A stretch of DNA of 64,000 nucleotides, from contig NC_086108.1 of the NCBI RefSeq assembly GCF_963921235.1, forward strand, positions 96,350,001-96,414,000. Direction: 5' to 3'. Positions 13,425 through 26,757 of the stretch are shown in pieces. Each line of letters begins with the position of its first letter. The stretch's first letter is position 1. The notes below the pieces were generated by a model. That model ran no database searches. It was not told the origin of the DNA and worked only from the letters and a program-made list of their open reading frames with translations. This DNA is from Mobula hypostoma (taxonomy: Eukaryota). The translations under genes and the position numbers were made by a program.

Positions 13425-14290
13425 ATCAGAATCAGAATCAGGCTAATCATCACTGACATGCTGTGAAATGTGTTGTTTTGGTAGCTGTACAGTGCAATAC
13501 ATGAAATATATTATAAATTACAATAAGAAAAATATGTTAAAAAGGTAGTGCAAAAATGAGAACAAATGGAGTCAGGTAGTGTTCTTGGGTTCATAGACCA
13601 TTCAGAGATTGGATTGCAGAGGGGAAGAAGCTGTTCCTAAAGCATTGAGTGTGTGTTTTCAGGCACGTGTGCCTCCTCCCTGATGAGCAATGAGAAAAGG
13701 GCATTTCCTGCAGTGTGAGGGTCCTTAATGATGGAAGCCATCTTTTTGAGGCATCACCGTTTGAAGATTTCCTCAATGTTGGGGAGGCTTGTGCCTGTGG
13801 TGGAGGTAACTAAGTCTACAATCCTCTGCAGCCTTTTATTTCCAATCCTGTGCAATGGCTCCTCCATATCAGGTGGTGATGTAACCAGTTAGATTGCTCT
13901 CCACAGTACACCTGTAGAGATTTGCTAGAGTCTCTGGTCACATACCAAAATTCCTCGAATTCATAATGAAATAGAGCTGATGGTGTGCTTGCTTTCATAT
14001 CTGTACCCTGTACATAGGGCCCAAGATATTTAACACCAGAGATTTAAACCTGCTCACCCTCTCCACCCAAGACCCCTCAATTAGGACTGGTGTATGATGC
14101 CTTGACTTCCCTTCTGAAGTCTACAATCAATTCCATGGTCTTACTGGTGTTGAGTGCAAGGTTGTGTTACAAACCAATCAACCAGCCAGTCTATCTCACT
14201 CCTGTACGCCTCTTCATCACCATTTGAGATTTCACTAATGAGAGTTGTGTCAGCAGCAAATTTATAGATGGATTTGCATGGTGCCTAGCA
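13425..14290 (-). mobile_element. Rex1/Babar LINE 3' fragment
   Basis: THTQCFRNSFFPSAI motif and (GATTCT)n tail at about 13425-13440. Confidence 0.75.
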
Positions 14291-14412
14291 ACACATTCAC
14301 TTGCTAGAATCTTCATTGCACCAGCAATAATGGTGGTCACTCTGGCTCAGTGGTAGAGATCTCATTTCTCGGATGAGACATTTACCTGCGGCCTCATTTC
14401 CTCAGCAGGTGA

Positions 14413-15354
14413 ATAGAAACATAGAAACATAGAAAATAGGTGCAGGAGTAGGCCATTCGGCCCTTCGAGCCTGCACCGCCATTTATTATGATCATGGCTG
14501 ATCATCCAACTCAGAACCCCGCCCCAGCCTTCCCTCCATACCCCCTGACCCCTGTAGCCACAAGGGCCATATCTAACTTCCTTTTAAACATAGCTAATGA
14601 ACTGGCCTCAACAGTTTGCTGTGGTAGAGAATTCCACAGATTCACCACTCTCTGTGTGAAGAAGTTTTTCCTAATCTCGGTCCTAAAAGGCTTCCCCTCT
14701 ATCCTCAAACTGTGACCCCTCGTTCTGGACCTCCCCAACATCGGGAACAATCTTCCCGCATCTAGCCTGTCCAATCCCTTTAGGATCTTATACGTTTCAA
14801 TCAGATCCCCCCTCAATCTTCTAAATTCCAACGAGTACAAGCCCAGTTCATCCTGTCTTTCTTCATATGAAAGACCTGCCATCCCAGGAATCAATCTGGT
14901 GAACCTTCTTTGTACTCCCTCTATGGCAAAGATGTCTTTCCTCAGATTAGGGGACCAAAACTGCACACAATACTCCAGGTGTGGTCTCACCAAGGCCTTG
15001 TACAACTGCAGTAGTACCTCCCTGCTCCTGTACTCGAATCCTCTCGCTATAAATGCCAGCATACCGTTCGCCTTTTTCACCGCCTGCTGTACCTGCATGC
15101 CCACTTTCAATGACTGGTGTATAATGACACCCAGGTCTCGTTGCACCTCCCCTTTTCCTAATCGGCCACCATTCAGATAATAATCTGTTTTCCTATTTTT
15201 GCCACCAAAGTGGATAACTTCACATTTATCCACATTAAATTGCATCTGCCATGAATTTGCCCACTCACCCAACCTATCCAAGTCACCCTGCATCCTCTTA
15301 GCATCCTCCTCACTGCTAACACTGCCACCCAGCTTCGTGTCATCCGCAAACTTG
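14413..15354 (-). mobile_element. Young 5'-truncated CR1 LINE, near-identical to 2893-3830
   Basis: Uninterrupted KFADDTKLGG...GYGGKAGAGF frame within ORF 14511-15464. (TTTCTATG)n tail. Confidence 0.95.
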
Positions 15355-15431
15355 AATGTAACGGAAAGTTCAAGTTCAGTTTTACTGTCATGGATACAAA
15401 TGCCATGAAAAATTAGCATTGTTCGCTCATG

Positions 15432-15835
15432 GCGGGAGACAAGATGGATATATGTCTCCACCAAAGTGGGGTAAGGCTCTCCTTCTCTTCACTAACCAGG
15501 TCACCCTTGGGCAAGGTGTAGTCCCGCTTAGACCCCCAGTCAGGGTCACATGAAGCCACGGGAGTAGGTGGTGGATGGTCGTATGAGCAGTTGGTGTACA
15601 TCACAAGTCCTGGTTATGCGACCACTGGCGCCAGCCGGATAATCTCTGAAGAGTATTGATAATGGCTGGGGGTCACACCGCCTTGCAAAGACACTGCCCG
15701 GAAGGCAATGGCAACCACTTCTGCAGAAATATTTGCGAAGAACAATTATGGTCACGGGACCATGATGGCCCATGTCATACGACACGGCACATAATGATGA
15801 TGTCGTACGACATGGCACACAATGATGATGATGAC
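15432..15835 (+). mobile_element. Non-autonomous RTE-derived element with (GAT)n tail
   Basis: Bov-A-like motif gaaggcaatggcaaccacttc. The 3' terminus is duplicated. Possible TSD ctcatggc/ctcgtggc. Other copies at 37050-37357 (+) and 8020-8087 (-). Confidence 0.6.
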
Positions 15836-16827
15836 CTCGTGGCACTATTTCAAAAGGAACAGAAGATTTTTTTCCCAGTGTCCCTACTGCCATCATGAAA
15901 AGCTACAGATTATCGTACTGCAGGTTGGGGGCATTTCCGACAAGGCAACAGGAGAGAATTCCTAACAGGCTGTATAGTGTTTCAGTGCACCCAGAGACTG
16001 GGGGGCTGGGGTGGTGGTCTGAGGAAATACAAACTCTTTTGTTTTCTTTTCCAAGGGCTGCAGAGTTCTGGACGGGAAAGGTCTGCATTGAGTCATTGCA
16101 ATCCCTTGTGGGCACACATTGTCTGAAATTGGCACAGCTCCACAATTTCATTCAGAGAGACCTAGAGATGGCCAGTGCAAGAAGTCACATTTAAAACAAA
16201 GAGTTTGCACCATTTTACTAAAGCTGCTTTCAGACTCAGGTTGAAGAATGGCCATCAGATCAGAGAACAGTGAAATCTCAGTTATTTTTTCCTTTGGAAA
16301 TGATTAAGTTAATGAGGAAAGTAATCAAGGGATGACTGGTGAATTATTAAACACGCCCTAAGCTGTTTTGGGCCTAATTCCATTTTAATTACACAAATTT
16401 AAACCACCCTCTGCAAGGGCTGGTGGTTTGCCTGGACCACAAGATGAACCTTGTTCAGTCCACAGGCTGGCTGTGTGTTTCGAGTTAATTTGTGCTAACT
16501 GGACACCTGAGATGAAATTTAATTCTTACAATGAACTGAATGTCAATTTGAAAAAAAGAGAGCAGTATTTATTTTGTTAACACTGAGAGTAATCTGGAAA
16601 ACTGCCTGACAATGCTGGAGAGATCCCAGTGGCTTCAGAGGCACTTAGAACTTGCAGAATAGCAGATTGTTTTATTGTGATGTTAAGCTGACTTGCTCCC
16701 CCGTCATGTTCACTGGGATCCCCCCCCCCCGCCCCCATCTGGGGCCCCAGGTCATCATCCTCCCTCTCCCAAAAGAAAAATCTGCTTCCAAAGTCCTTGG
16801 CAAGAACCCATGTGGAACCCACCCATT

Positions 16828-16922
16828 GAAAGAAACAGGAAGTGAAAGCAGTCCATTGCAGAGAGGCCAGAGTGTCTCCAGCAGAGAAGAGGCAGGTAAT
16901 TGGTTCGGGTCACCCAGCCAAT
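16828..16922. promoter_or_regulatory. Candidate regulatory module: ETS-IRF composite element plus two oppositely oriented CCAAT boxes
   Basis: GGAAGTGAAA at 16838-16847, ATTGG at 16899-16903, CCAAT at 16918-16922, within a repeat-free island. Motif match only. Confidence 0.3.
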
Positions 16923-18659
16923 CACCAAAGAGCAGATCGGTTCCCAGCCGCCATCCGGACTGCTAACCTCTTGGACTGTGGGACAACTCATTGGGCTTCC
17001 AGCTCTGTCAGCTTTTGTTTTCCATTTCCAGCACTTACTTTTTAAACCAGCAGCACAGGTCCTGACAATTCACTGCCTGACCTTCACCATCCACCTCCTG
17101 TTAATGATTTGCCCAAAAGAGCACACTGATTGAAAGCAAAAAGTTAAAGATAAACGTGGCTCAGAGTATTTCAGGCCACTGCTAGTTTTTTTTTAAACAA
17201 ATCTACGTGGAATTCTCTGAATAACTTTAAGAAACCTGCCTTTCCTCTTAATAGCCTGAGCTTGAGGCTCATAAAATATAATTCTTTGGAGGAATTGCCA
17301 CATATAGAAATCTATCTGTTAGTTTTATTTGATGTTAATTATTCTCCCATAGGTATACAATGTGTTTAACTCATTTGTGGTACACTCGATATACTTACAA
17401 GCATATCTTTGAAATGTGCGTTTGTTTGATAAGTGGGGTAAAGCAAACGCAGAGCTCATAATGCAAGGTGCTTTGTGGTAATGAAACTTCCAGATATGGT
17501 GTTTATGAAGAAGTTATTCAAGCAAGCTTCGGACAGAATAGGGCTGGGTGTCATCCAGTGTCTTATTAAAAAAAACCACAGACAGCACGACTGTGTGGGG
17601 AGGATATGATGGATCACCAGACATTGGCAGACAGTGCTGCCTGCCAACTTTGGCCACAGTTCTACCAGATAAATAACTTTTCAGTGATGTGCTGAGCCGA
17701 AATTACATAAACAGCAGAAATTACAAGACTCGGGCCTCAGGGCTTTCGGGGTTTGAAACACTCAGCAATCAATGCAGAAAGACATCTGCAGCTGGTTTGC
17801 TTTTGCAGATGATGCCAGAGAGCAAAAGAGATTAACGTCACAAAGAGTGTAGCAGAAAACCTTTGTTAAATAATGGCCCTGATTATTTAGAAGGAAAGAT
17901 CTGTAAACGACAGGCCTGTTTTCCACAGGTTGCTCAAGGGCTGTGTTTGCTAGTACAAATCACACCTTATATGGGAAGGTTTAATGAAGAGGTAAGGGAT
18001 TCGGCCTTCAGAATTTATTACCGCACGGTACAGTTTATATTAAACTTTCCTTTCTTTGGCCATTTTCAAATATTTATGAAAAAAAACTGGGACCTCCAAT
18101 CCATTAAAACACTTGTAACACCAAAGTGATGACTGACAGTTTAAAAAAATAAACTATTGAAATCAAACCTTACAATAACTGCTCAAAACTTACTTGCATT
18201 TCACCATTAACCTCTTCCACTTAATAGTTTATATCTTTTGGCAACAATCAGTTTAAACACAACAATTTTTCAAACTTATACTCATGTTAAAAACGTGAAG
18301 TGTTGCAAGATTTGATAAGAGATGTATAAAAATCTGGTTAAACCACATTATTGTGTTCGATTCTGTTTGCCTCATTATGCGAAGGATGTAGAAGCTTTAG
18401 AGAGTCTGCAGAGGACATTTACCAGGATACTGCCTGGATTGGAAAAGGCGGCATCCATCATTAAGGACCCCTATCACCCAGGACATACCCTCTTCTCATT
18501 GCTACCGTGCCTGAAGTCACATACTCAATGATTCCCCTCTCCCATCAGATTTCTGAATGGACTTTGAACCAATAAACACTACTTCACTACTTGTTTCTCT
18601 TTTTGCACTATTCCTTTAATTTAAATTTATTTATTTATTGTAATTTACAGTTTTTATTG

Positions 18660-19925
18660 AAAGGACAGATTGGGGAATAGAAGAGGAGAGGGGGAGAGAA
18701 AAAAATTACTGGAAGCAGAAATCGATGTTCATACCATCAGGTTGGAAGCTACCCAGACAGAATATAAGGCTTTGATCTTTCACCCTGAGGGTGGTCCTAT
18801 CATGGCACAAGAGGAGTCCATGGACAAACATGTCAGAATGGGAATGGGAATTAAAATGTTTGGCCACTGGGAAGTTCTGCTATTGGTGGATGGAGCGGGG
18901 GTGCTCAGCAAAACAGCCTCCAATTTACGATGGTTCTCACCAATGCAAAGGAGGCCACATCAGCAGCACCGGACTCAATGGACAACCCCAGCAGATTCGC
19001 AGGACTCTGGAAGGGCTACTGGGGGACCTGAAAGGAGTTGAGGGAGGAGGTGAATTGGCCACTTGCAGGGATAAGTTCCGGGAGGGAGACGGGGGAGGTG
19101 GGGGAGAGGTAAAGATACATTTAGTGGTAGGATCCCTTTGGAAATGATGGAACTTGTGGAGAATGATGTGTTGGATGCAGAGGCTCATGGGATAGTAAGT
19201 AAGGACAAGAAAAATTCTATCATTGATAAGGAGGCGGGAAGGTGGGGTGAGAATGGGCATTCAGGAAATGGAGGAGATGTAGGTGAGGGCAGCACTGATC
19301 GTGGAGGAAGGGAAACCCTGTTCTTTGAAGAAGGTGGACATCTCTGAGGTCCTGGATAGGAAATCCACATCCTGGGAACAGGTGCAGTGGAAACAAAGGA
19401 ACTGCGAAAAGGGAGACAGGATGGGAAGAGGTAACCGTGGCAATTGGAATGTTTATAAAAAATGTCAGTCAACAGTTTGCCTCCGAAGATGGAGACAAAG
19501 AGACTGAGAAAGGGGAAGGTGGGGCTGGTTGGTGGCGCAATAACATTGGCGCCGAACCCAGAAATGGAGGTTCCCAGGTTTGAGACCAGTCGGGTCCACT
19601 CCCGAGTACGCTTTCCATCCGTGCCAGGTTGAGGGTCGAGATCGCAACTCGATCTCGTAACATAAAGGGAAAAATATTACGAAAATGTCTGTGTGAGGAG
19701 TGACGTGCCACACAGTCTCTCTCTCGCTCTGCACCTTGTAAAAGCCATGAAAAAGACATCATCACAGGCGCACGTACGTACGCACGCACACACAGAGACG
19801 CGCACGCACGCAGGCACACGCAAAAAAAAAGGGGAAGGTGGTGTCAGAATTGGACTAAGTGAATTTAAGGGCAGGATGGAAATTTGAGGCAAAGTTGATG
19901 AACTTGACAAGCTCATCATGGGTGC
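18660..19925 (-). mobile_element. Decayed Penelope-like element (RT C-terminus, linker, GIY-YIG)
   Basis: TDIFYK.SN.HGYL, PFSQF...CSQD..F..RTSEMS.FFKEQGFP. Homologous to 62935-63490. Confidence 0.85.
19523..19830 (+). mobile_element. tRNA-derived SINE with poly(A) tail inserted in the Penelope element
   Basis: TSD AAAGGGGAAGGTGG on both sides. A-box-like TGGCGCAAT and degenerate B box. (CACG)n then A-run at the 3' end. Confidence 0.75.
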
Positions 19926-20727
19926 CTAGGCACAGGACAAAGCCTCACCAAACAAGGATGTCCCTTTAGAACAGCACAGAAGGAACTTCTTTAGCCGGGG
20001 GATGTTGAGTCTGTGGAATTCATTGCCATAGATGGCCATGGAGGCCAAGTCACTGGGTATATTTAAAGCATTGATTTGTTTTTGATTAGCAAGGGTGTTG
20101 AAGGTTAGGAGGAGCAGGCAGGAGAATGGGGTTAGAAGGATAATAAATCAGCCATGATGAAATGGTGGAGCAGACTCATTGAACCCAATGGCCTAATTCT
20201 TCTCCTATGTCTTATGGTCTTATTGTCTAAGGTTTATTTTTACCCATCTCATTACATTATTTAGTTTGTATAAAATTACTAACTTGAAATAGCAGATGAA
20301 CTTCATGTCAGAAACATTTTCCAAAACTCCATCTTCTCTCTTGCAATCAGCAGATGGAGAATTTCACCTGGAGGCAAGGCATCAGCTGAAGATGAGAAAC
20401 TCCCCTTTTATCTAACAAAGTATCTCAAGGTGCTTTACAAAGGAGAGAGGTCAGGAGAACAAAGCAGAAATGGAACTTGGGCGAGGTTACTGGAAGTATT
20501 GATCAAAGAGATCAGTTTGGAAATGCCTCTCAAAGGTGGAAAGACATTTAGTAAGGCAAGGAGGTTGAGGATTTTGACCTTGGAGCACAGGAGTTTTGGG
20601 ACTGAAGAATCAAAGTGAGGATATTCTTTTGATCAGTCTTCATGGTAAGGGAGTGGGGGTGGGACTGTGTTAATAGCCATGGTAGGAAGTGGGGAAGGCA
20701 AAGAGAGGTCAAAGTAAAATTGGTATC

Positions 20728-20950
20728 ACAAAATCTAGAAAATCTGCAAATGCTGGAAATCCAAAGCAACACACGCAAAATGCGGGAGGAACTCAGCAGG
20801 CCAGGCAGAGACCCTTCATCAGGATTGGAAAAACTTCACCCCTTCCTTTCCTGTCCTGATGAAGTGTCTTGGCCCAACAGGTTGACTGTTTACTCTTTTC
20901 CATAGATGCTGCCTGGCCTGCTGAGTTCCTCCAGCATTTTGTGTGTGTTG
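20728..20950. mobile_element. Short Penelope pLTR fold-back element
   Basis: Inverted arms caacacacgcaaaatgcgggaggaactcagcaggccaggcag / ctgcctggcctgctgagttcctccagcattttgtgtgtgttg. Confidence 0.7.
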
Positions 20951-21689
20951 TAAAGAAAAACTGGTACTGATATTGGTCTAATACTGTCACATGTAGCAAG
21001 ATACAGTGAAAAGCTTATCCTGCATTCTGTTAATGCAGATCAGATGATGGAGCATTGAGATAGAATAAGGTCAATAATAACAATCTGAATTCAAGATTCA
21101 AGATTGTATATTGTCATTCTTCAGTACACCAGTGTAAAGGAGAACAAAATGATAGATACTCCTGATCTGATGCAGCGTAAAATAGCACAATAAGCATAAA
21201 CACAATAAATATAAATACATAAGATCAGCATATATGTAAGTATATACTGTACACAGATCATAAATACATAAAGGTACAGGAGTATCTGGTACATACTAAA
21301 GTGTAAAATGTAAAAATTACTGAAAAAGTGCAATACAGGTAAATAATGAAGTGCAAGATCATAATGTATCATAATATTATAAATATTAACCAGTTTGATA
21401 TTACCAATGGACAGTGAAATATCCCACAAAGAGCGGGATCTCCCAGTGGCCACCCATTTCAATTCTACCTCCCATTCCCATTCTGACACATCAGTCCATG
21501 GCCTCCTCTACTGCCACAATGAGGCTACACTCAGATTTGAGGAGCAACACCTTATATTCCATCTATGTAGCCTCCAACTTGATGGTATGAACATCAATTT
21601 CTCGAACTTCTGGTAATGGCCCCACCTTCAATATTTCCCATTCTTGTTTCCCCCTCAGACCTCCTCTTGTGCTCCTCCCCTTCCCATAG

Positions 21690-24600
21690 TCTTAGAACAT
21701 AGAAATCTACAGCACGTTACAGGCCCTTCAGCCCTCAATGTTGTACCAACCATGTGATCTATAGAATTTCCCTACCGCATAACTATTTTTCTAAGCTCAA
21801 TGTACCTATCTAAGAGTCTCTTAGAAGGCCCTGTTTTATTTTGCCTCTACCACCTTTGCTGGCAGTGCATTCCACACACCCACCACTCTCTGAGTGAAAA
21901 ACTTACCTCTGACACCCCTTTTGTACCCACTTCCAAGCACCTTAAAACTATGCCCTCTCGTGTTAGCTATTTCAGCCTTGGGAAGTAGCCTCAGGCTATC
22001 CACATGATCAATGTCTCTCATCATCATATATACCTCTATCAAGTTACCTCTCATTCCTGCAGAACACCACAGGTCACAGACCTCCATGCAGAATACCAAC
22101 CATCCACAACCACACTTTGCCTTCTGTGGTCAAGCCAATTCTGGATCCACAAAGCAAGGTCTCCTTAGATCCCATGCCTTCTTACTTTCTGAATGAGCCT
22201 TGTATCATATACCTTACTGAAATCAATATACCCTACATCCATTGCTCTACCTTCATTAATGTATTTTGTTACATCCTCAAAGAATTCAATCAGGCTCGTA
22301 AGGCACAACCTGCCCTTGACAAAGTCATGCTGACTATTCCTAATCATATTATACCTTTCCAAATGTTCATAAATCCTGCCTCTTGATCTTCTCCGACTAC
22401 TTGCCCACTACTGAAGTAAGACTCACTGGTCTATAGTTTCCTGGGTTATCTCTACTCCCTTTCTTGAACAAGGGAACAGCATTTGCAACGCTCCAATCCT
22501 CTGGTACTTCTCCCATCCCTATCGATGATGCAAAAATCATTGCCAGAGGCTCAACAATCTCCTCCCTCACTTCCCACAGTAGCCTGGGGTATATCTTGTC
22601 CAGACCTGGTGACTTACTCAACTTAATGCTTTTCAAAAGCTCCAGCACATCCTCTTTCTTAATGTCTATATGCTCAAGCCTTTCAATCCACTGTAAGTCA
22701 TCCCCACAATTGCCAAGGTCCTTTTCCCTGGTGAATACAGAAGCAAAGTATTTATTAAGTACCTCTGCTACCTCCTCTGATTCCATGCACACGTTTCCAC
22801 TATCGCACCTGATTGCTCCTATTCTCACACGGCTCATCCTCTTGCTCTTCACATACTTGTATGATGCCTTGGGGTTTTCCTTAATCCTGCTCACCAAGGC
22901 CTTCTCATAGCCCCTTCTAGCTCTTCTAATTTTATTCTTAAGCTCCATCCTGGCAACCTTGTTATTTTCTAGAGCTTTAATAGTACCTAGATTCTTGAAC
23001 CTTTTGTCAGCTTTTCTTTTCTTCTTAACTAGATTTTCTACATCCTTTATACACCATGGTTCTTTTACCCTACCATCCTTTCCCTGCCTCAATAGAACGT
23101 ACCTATGCAGAACTCCATGCAAATGTTCCCTGAACATTTGCCACATTCCTGCCGTGCATTTCCCTGAGAACATCTTTTCCCAATTTATGTTCCCAAGTTT
23201 CTGCCCTATAGCATCTTATTTCCCTCTACCCCAATTAAACGTTTTCCCAAATTGTCCACTCCTATCCCTCTCCAGTGCTATGGTAAAGGAGATAGAGTTG
23301 TGATCACTACCTCCAAAATGTTCTCCCACCAACAGATCTGACACCTGACCAGGTTCATTTCCCAATACCAGATCAAATACAGCCTCTCGTTTAGTTGGCA
23401 TATCTATATATTGCGTCAGGAAGCCTTCCTGAGCACACCTAACAAACTCTACCCCATCCAAACCCCTTGCTCTAAGGAGATGCCAGTCAATATTAGGAAA
23501 GTTGAAATCACCGTTCACAACAACCCTATTATTATTGCACCGTTCCAGAATCTGCCTCCCTATCTGCTCCTTGATGTCTCTGTTACTAATGGGGGTCTAT
23601 AAAAAACACCCAGTTGAGTTATTGACCCTTCCTGTTTCTGACTTCCACCCACAATGACTCAGTAGACAATCCCTCCATGACTTCCTCCTTTTCTGCAGAT
23701 TAGCAATGCCACTGCCCCACATCTTTAGCCTCCCTCCCTGTCCTTTCTAAAACATCTAAACCCCAGCACACTCAGCAGCCATTCCTGCCCCTGAGATATC
23801 CAAGTCGATGTAGTGGCTACAACATCATAGTTCCATATATTGATCCATGCTGTAAGTTCATCTGACTTGTTTATGATACTCCTTGCATTAAAATAGACAC
23901 GTCTCAAACCATTTGGCTGAGTGCATCTATGCTTTATCATCTCCCTATCCTTCCTCTCAAACTCCCTACAAGCTGTCTCTACTTGTGCGCCAACCACCCC
24001 ATCCTCTGCCTCTTCACTTTGGTTCCCACCCCCCTGCAAATCTAGTTGAAACCCTCCCCAACAGCATTAGCAAACCTCTCTCCCAGGATATTGGTTCCCC
24101 TCCAGTTTAGGTGCAACCCGTCCCATTTGTACAGGTCACACCTTCCCCAGAAAAGGTTCCAATGATCCAAGAACTTGAAACCCTGCCCCCTGCACCATCT
24201 CCTCAGCCATTCATCCATCTGCACTGTCTTCCTGTTCTGACCTTCACTAGCTCATGGCACTGGGAGTAATCGGAGATGACCACCCTGGAGGTCCAGCCCT
24301 TCAGCCTCCTTCCCAACTCCCTAAACTTACTGCGCAGGATCTCTACCTCTCTTCTGTCTATGTCATTGGTACTAACATGCACCACAACCTCCGGCTGTTC
24401 ACACTCCCCTTCAAGAATATTCTGCAACTGCTCAGAGACATCCTGGATCCTAGCACCCGGGAGGCAACACACTATCCTGGCGTCTCTTTTGCTGCTGCAG
24501 AATCTCCTATTTGTCCCCCTAACTATCAAGTGCACTATGACTATTGCTCCACCTGGCTTCACCCTACCCTTCTGAGGCTCAGAGCCGACCACAGTACTAT

Positions 24601-25170
24601 TGGTCTGGCTGCTGCTACCTTCCCCAAATAGGCCATCCCCCTCATCAGTATCCAAAGGGATAGACCTGTTGCAGTGGGGAACGGCCACAGGGGGACACCG
24701 TACTGACTTCTCTCTCTCTTCCATCTACTCCCTGAATTCTGCACTCTGGGTGTAACCACCTGCTCAAAAGTCATATCTTTCAATTGCTCTGCCTCCCGGA
24801 TGATCCTTAGTTCACCCAACTCCAGCACCAGCTCCTTAATGTGGTCTTTTAGGACCTGGAGTTGGCTGTACTTCCTGCAGGTGTAGTCATCAGGGAGACT
24901 ATCTGGTTCCACGAATCCCCACATCCTACAGGAGGTGCATTCCACTGCCATATCTGCCACCCTGCCTGCACTGTTACTGGAAACATAGTTACTGTGGGCA
25001 ACCAAGACCAAATCAGCAATAACGAAAGGAAAAATCTACCCATCTTGCCTGTTTCTTTGGCCTCACCCTCTTCTCATCAAGGCCTCTAAGTTCCCACTCT
25101 GAGTCTAGCTCCCTCTCCGACGATGGCCACTCTGCTAGACCCTACCTCTCTTTATGGTTTAAAAAATAAG
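21690..25170 (-). mobile_element. Near-full-length degenerate CR1 (zinc-finger/SGNH-esterase ORF1 plus APE-RT ORF2, internally deleted)
   Basis: AVECTSCRMW..DDYTCRK (24559-25011); CLPGARIQDV..PEVVVHVSTND and DGLHLNWRG (esterase); YFNARSI, GDFNFPNIDW, GSDHN (APE); KSPGLDKIYPR, NYRPVSLTS (RT). Many frameshifts. Confidence 0.92.
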
Positions 25171-26217
25171 AAAAGCCCCACGCAAGGAGAAAGAACTCAC
25201 TGTGTTTGGTGGTGCTCCGCCTGCCTTCCGCTGTCCTATCCTATCAGAAACCCCCTTCTCCAGCCTTTTATCTCTTTCACCAGTCAACTTCCTAGCTCTT
25301 TACTTTAACTCCCCCTAGCAGTTTCATCTATCACCTGCCCCTTGTACTTCTTCCTTCCTTCTCCCCACCTTCTTACTCCGACTTCCCCCCTCCTCCTTTT
25401 CAGTCCTGATGAAGGGTCTCAGCCTGAAATGTCAACTGCTTATTCATTTCCATAAATGCTGCCAGACTTGCTGAGTTCCTCCCCCATCTTGTGTGTGTTT
25501 TGCTTTGGATTTCTGGTATCTGCAGATTTTCTCATGTTTGAAATACCTACGTGCTGGTATTGCCCAAGAAACTGATGTGGTGATGGGTCACGCTGAATGC
25601 GGTATTTTAGAGTTAACAGGACCATGAAGTCAGCATGCATGGGGTATCAAGGATCCTCAGCATTAGAGCAGGGATAGAACCAGAAGATCTGGAGGTGGAA
25701 CAGATTCCTGGCACTTGAGGCTGAGTGCTTTTTATGTAGGGATTTGAAACCGAGGAGGAGGAATCTTGAAGCTGCGACATCATTTCTCCAGAGACTGCTG
25801 GAGGTTGCTGGGAAGTATTCAGAATCACCAGCACACCGTGCTGTCCTGTCTGTGTTTATCCATTGTTTTCTGGAACAGATGATAGATACATTTTCATGGA
25901 ATGTAGGTTAGAGCCTTTATTGCAGCCCTTTGGGAGAGAATGAATATTATCATTTACAACCACCTGGAGAAACGTTTTGCTTAATTTCATTTTTATATTT
26001 CTGCGTAAGTGCAGGAACAGACCTTTGCTTCTTTTCATCGTATTGCAACTGGGGTATAATGTATTGAGATTTAAACTGTGCTTTTGTTTTTATTCCAACA
26101 CACCTAAGGCATTTGAGTCCTGCCATTTCCAGGTATCATGGCGCATCAGAGGCTTAATGATCCTTTGACAGGTTTTTGTCTGCCCGTCAGATTTGAAAGC
26201 TTGCAATTCGAGTCTCA

Positions 26218-26699
26218 GGGTGGATTACATGCCCAGGGAAGGGTTGCACCTCTGGGGAAGGGCAGCCCACTCGCCTTCGGTGCCCACTGGACACTCAGCT
26301 CTCACTCGTGGCTCCTGGTTGCTGTTGGCACGTGACAGTGGCCACATTGCAGCACACTGCTTCGCCAGGTGGGGTAAACCAGACGAGGGTACCGGGCAGG
26401 CCTCATACCCCTGTGAGACAGGACCTTGCCTGTCCTAGCTTGTGACTGGGCGGTTGAGATCAACAGAGAGATCCAGCGGCCAGCAAGGCGGTTCTGCAAC
26501 ACTTTGTGGAGAGCAAAGGGCATGACAAGGCACAGAAGAGGCTGTGGTTATCCACTTCAGCAAAGGAAGACTGCAGTTTGTGATGGGGGCTTCCGAGGTC
26601 AAGAGGGAGGAACTGCTCCAGTGCAACGGCTTTTCCACTTCAAAACAATTTCCGGACAGGTTTCCTGTCGTCGTCAGGAAAGCCAATAATAATAATAAT
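26218..26699 (+). mobile_element. Non-coding retroposon, probably RTE-derived, with (AAT)n tail
   Basis: (AAT)5 tail at about 26685-26699. Degenerate TSD aattcgagtctca/aattcaggtccca. GC-rich body. Confidence 0.5.
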
Positions 26700-26757
26700 T
26701 CAGGTCCCATCTCGCACTGAGTTACTTATGAAATAATGGACATATAATAACATCTGA

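Noticed and set aside
14511..15464. 317-aa ORF as a host or domesticated gene
   Set aside because: The first ~37 residues are flanking DNA; the rest is a truncated, near-identical CR1 copy.
17038..17096. Minus-strand exon ending at GTAAGTG
   Set aside because: Poor polypyrimidine tract and no recognisable protein.
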